Assembly: GCA_002269645.1 (NCBI GenBank)
Contig: NIVC01002438.1
Coordinates: 62,001-126,000, forward strand
Length of the DNA stretch: 64,000 nt
Direction of reading: 5' to 3'
From: Macrostomum lignano
Taxonomy: Eukaryota
Shown here: piece by piece, positions 60,579 to 64,000 of the stretch
Position numbering within the stretch: position 1 is the first letter of the stretch
Layout of the letters: the number at the start of each line of letters is the position of its first letter
Translations under genes and position numbers: made by a program
Notes under the pieces: model-generated
The model's input: the letters and a program-made list of their open reading frames with translations, nothing else
Told to the model about the DNA's origin: nothing
Database searches by the model: none

Positions 60579-63399
60579 ATGGAAGATTTTACTATCAGAG
60601 AAGGTATTTTATTTTAATGCTAAATGAAAAACTTTGAAGAGTAATTTAATCTTAGAAAATCTTTCTTAATGTAAATGCAATGTTGATCTTTTAAAATCGT
60701 TGTTCCTAATTTACTAATTTTAATGTTTACTCTTTTAATTCTAAATGAATAATCTTTCGAACCTCTCGAGCAGGTGCGTCGCCAGAATTCATGTCTGGGG
60801 GGGGGGAGGGCAGAGCCATAAATCCATCTTTGATGGAAGCAAAATACAAAGCAACAAAGGCAGTAAAAAAATCCCCTCCCTCGCGGGGGGGGGACATGTC
60901 CCCAGTGTCCACCTTGTCTACGCCCCTGCTCTCGAGCGCTCTAACCTATTGTAAAGTTAGGCTAATTGTTGGAGTATTCGAAATCATTGAAAATAAAGTA
61001 TTTATGCAGTAGATTGTGCACTGATATACAATGTGTTTATTTTAAGTAAATTGATAGACAAAATGATTTTTTTCTTCTTTTTATATTTTCCATCTGTTTT
61101 ATTGCTTATGTTGTGTTATTTTTGTTGTATAAGTATGCATTTGGATAGGACCTTTGGCTTCAGTCCTTTCTATAGCTTTGATTCTATTCATTTCAAAGAT
61201 TTATTTATCATTATTTATCATATTTATTATTTATTTTTACTTATATCCAGTTTTTACATGATGCATCTACAGCCATTTTTACCTTTGAGCCATATAAAAG
61301 TATAATAATAATGACCGACTTCAGTTTTTTTCAAAATTAATGTTTATCTTCTTCCTAATATTAAAATTTTTAAGGCATTCGTAGTGGCATGGCCCTATGG
61401 CTGGAGAAGCTAAGCTGCTCAGGAGATGCTGTCCAGCAGCTGGAGCACAAAAAGAAATTTCTAGCTAAGCTCGCTGCTGCTCCCATCTGTCTGGCTGGCC
61501 CAGAATCATTGGAGCAGCACTACGAAGTGCCAACTGAATTCTTCCGCCTCGTACTTGGGCCTCGAATGAAGTACTCATGCAATCTGCACAGTGGCATAGA
61601 GACTGCTGGAGCTGGAGATGCCGCTGACGATCTTGCTGAGGCAGAATTTCGCAGCTTGGATACCATCTGTCAGCGTGCTGGCATTGTTGATGGCATGCAG
61701 GTGCTTGACATGGGTTGCGGCTGGGGCTCTCTGAGCCTGTTTCTGCTGGAGCAATTTCCCAACTGTCGGGTGACGGCCGTGTCCAACTCTGCCACACAAC
61801 GGCTGCACATTGAAGAGCGGGCCAGGTAATTTATATTGCTCTCCGTGTTTCTCTTTACTTAGTTTTCTCTTTCTATCAGTGATTCACTGACATCTCCTGA
61901 GTTCATTCCATCGGTGATTCACTGACATCACCTAAGTTCATTCCATCGGTGATTCACTGACATCTCCTGAGTTCATTCCATCGGTGATTCACTGACATCA
62001 CCTTAAGTTCATTCCATCGGTGATTCACTGACATCTCCTGAGTTCATTCCATCGGTGATTCACTGACATCTCCTGAGTTCATTCCATCGGTGATTCACTG
62101 ACATCACCTTAAGTTCATTCCATCGGTGATTCACTGACATCTCCTGAGTTCATTCCATCGGTGATTCACTGACATCACCTTAAGTTCATTCCATCGGTGA
62201 TTCACTGACATCTCCTGAGTTCATTCCATCGGTGATTCACTGACATCACCTTAAGTTCATTTCATCGGTGATTCACTGACACCACCTAAGTTCATTCATT
62301 ACTTCGTCGGTTCACTGAAATCTCGTCCACATATTCAATCAGTGAATATAATCCACTTACCATCTCATGGGTTTATTCCATCTTTGATCGAACCATTGGC
62401 ATTTTCAGTCACTTCATTCATGACACATTAATGTGTTAATTAATAATATTTGCATCCAAAATCAACAGGCAAATTCCAGGCGGCTCGCAGCGTCTCTCAG
62501 TCTGCACAACCGACATTTCGGATTTCCAACCGGGTCCCAACCGATTCGATCGCGTTGTATCAATCGAAATGCTGGAGCACATGAAAAATGTTGGAGCCCT
62601 GTTTGCTCGAGTCAATGACTGGCTGCGACCTGGTAAGAACTATGAATTGTTAGAATCACCACTAGGTTGTAGTCTAGTGGTTAGAGCATCGGACTCATGA
62701 CTGAAGGTCGGGGGTTCGATTCTCGACCCACTCGAAACAAACTGTACCCTTGAGCAAGACACTTAAACTCTGCGTTGCTTCAGTTCACCCAGCTGTAAAA
62801 TAGGTCCAGTATTAGCTGGGTTAATTGAGGGTGTGTGGCAATCCCACCAGGCCTTGGACTGAACAGCCGTACGCAGTCTTCAGGTGCGCACCAGTAAAAA
62901 ACTTATTTTGTACACTGTTGCAAATTTTTACGATATAGTCGATTCGCAGGGTGCAGTCAGCACGGAGGCAAGCAGTCATGCCCATTCCGCATGAACAACG
63001 ACCCTGACTTTTTAACATCGTCGGGCGCATGTGCCTCGGAGTTGGTCCGGATTGCCACCCAGCACCTAGTACTAATCTTCTGTATAACAAAACCTGAATC
63101 ATAACTAATCACAATGGCTGGACACTGATCGATCTTTAATTCTCCATGCCATCTACAGGGGGCAAGCTGTTCTCCCAGATCCTGTGCCATCGCCAGTTCG
63201 CTTACAACTTTGACACTCGCCGCAACTCCGACACGGAATGGATGGCTAGAAATTTCTTTACTGGCGGATCCATGTTCTCCGCTGATCTGTTTCTGCACAT
63301 GCAGCAGCATCTCCGGCTGGAGGACCTGTGGCTCATCAACGGCAAGCACTATAGTCGGACTCTGGAGGCCTGGCTGCGAAAGCTTGACGCTTTGCCAAG
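60579..63399 (+). CDS. SAM-dependent methyltransferase, cyclopropane-fatty-acid synthase / coclaurine N-methyltransferase-like (3' end not found in window); exons 60579-60603, 61375-61825, 62469-62632, 63159-63399
   Basis: MEDFTIRE|[98 protein letters not shown]; phases 1,2,1,2 are consistent with GT-AG introns. Confidence 0.88.
60771..60928. mobile_element. hAT-type MITE (158 bp)
   Basis: Ends CAGGTGCGTCGCCAG / TTGTCTACGCCCCTG; perfect 8-bp TSD CTCTCGAG at 60763-60770 and 60929-60936. Confidence 0.85.
61878..62300. repeat. 35-36-bp minisatellite (ggtgattcactgacatctcctgagttcattccatc), methyltransferase intron 2
   Basis: Direct inspection. Confidence 0.9.
62665..62900 (+). mobile_element. 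tRNA-derived SINE with CORE-like domain
   Basis: A-box TAGTCTAGTGG and B-box GGTTCGATTCT, then cccttgagcaagacacttaaactct...cagttcacccagctgtaaaatagg, which resembles the MIR core. Two related copies lie elsewhere in the window. Confidence 0.8.
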
Positions 63400-63420
63400 G
63401 TGGGTGCATTCTTTATAGTA

Positions 63421-63843
63421 CTGAGGTCGGCGAACTTTCTTACGTCAAGGGCCAGATTTAGAGTCAAGCTCGTGGCCGCTGGTCAGATAAGCGAGGAGAG
63501 AGGAGAAGAGAAAGAAGAGGGAAAATAGTGGAGAGGAGAGAGAAGGGATAAGAGAGTAGAGGAGGGAGAAAAGAAGAAAGGAGAGAAGAGAGGAGAGGAG
63601 AGAGTGGAGAGGAGAGAAGGATGAGAGGAGAGAGAAGAGAGAAGAGAGACGAGAGAAGAGAGGAGAGAAGAAAGAGAGGAAACGAGAGAAGGAGGAGAGG
63701 AGAGGGGAGAGAAGGAGGAGAGAAGAGAGACGAGAAGAGAGAAGAGGAGGGAAGGCGATGAGAGAGAAGAGAAGTTTCAAAGGACCCGAGGGCCGAAAGA
63801 GAGGCTTCGCAGGCCGCATGTGGCCAGAGTTTGCCGACCCCTG
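63421..63843. mobile_element. hAT-Charlie-like MITE with internal GA-rich microsatellite
   Basis: Ends CTGAGGTCGGCGAACT / AGTTTGCCGACCCCTG (TIR CAGGGGTCGGCAAACT) with Charlie-type subterminal aagggccaga and gcaggccgcatgtggcc; the TSD is decayed. Confidence 0.7.
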
Positions 63844-64000
63844 TAATACATTCCATATTTGGCTTTTATTAGCCAAATTACCAATGGCCAACTAAAAGCG
63901 GGTCAAGTGTTTTAAATTTCTCGATCCTCGATTGATGCTAATCGGTCACGTAATTTGTAAAAGACTTCGCTAAATGCGGCGATACCAGAAGCTTTCATAT

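Noticed and set aside
62665-62730. tRNA-like sequence with A and B boxes
   Set aside because: No complete cloverleaf or acceptor stem; it continues into a SINE body and has two diverged relatives.

Overview
Animal (eukaryotic) genomic DNA with GC-rich exons separated by introns filled with minisatellites. This architecture resembles the flatworm Macrostomum; the species assignment is inference only. In window order: (1) the 5' end of an androglobin-like gene (minus, ~3.4-9.5 kb) preceded by a cluster of candidate alternative first exons with RFX X-box-like motifs; (2) an intact 3-exon, 152-aa membrane-protein gene of unknown family (plus, 12.1-13.8 kb); (3) a repeat-rich spacer; (4) four co-oriented minus-strand housekeeping genes forming a possible trans-spliced operon: EPG5 (18 exons, ~2,500 aa, two apparent single-base frameshifts), FARSB, PAM16 (no obvious genomic ATG) and DNAJC25; (5) head-to-head with DNAJC25, an intron-containing CFA-synthase/coclaurine-N-methyltransferase-like gene that is incomplete at its 3' end. 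About 35 tandem arrays, three tRNA-headed CORE-like SINEs, a Tc1 deletion derivative, a mariner relic and two hAT MITEs fill the non-coding space. There is no CRISPR array, rRNA or true tRNA. Exon boundaries were derived by hand from GT-AG sites and phase continuity. Family names come from remembered motifs, not database searches. Repeat boundaries are approximate.
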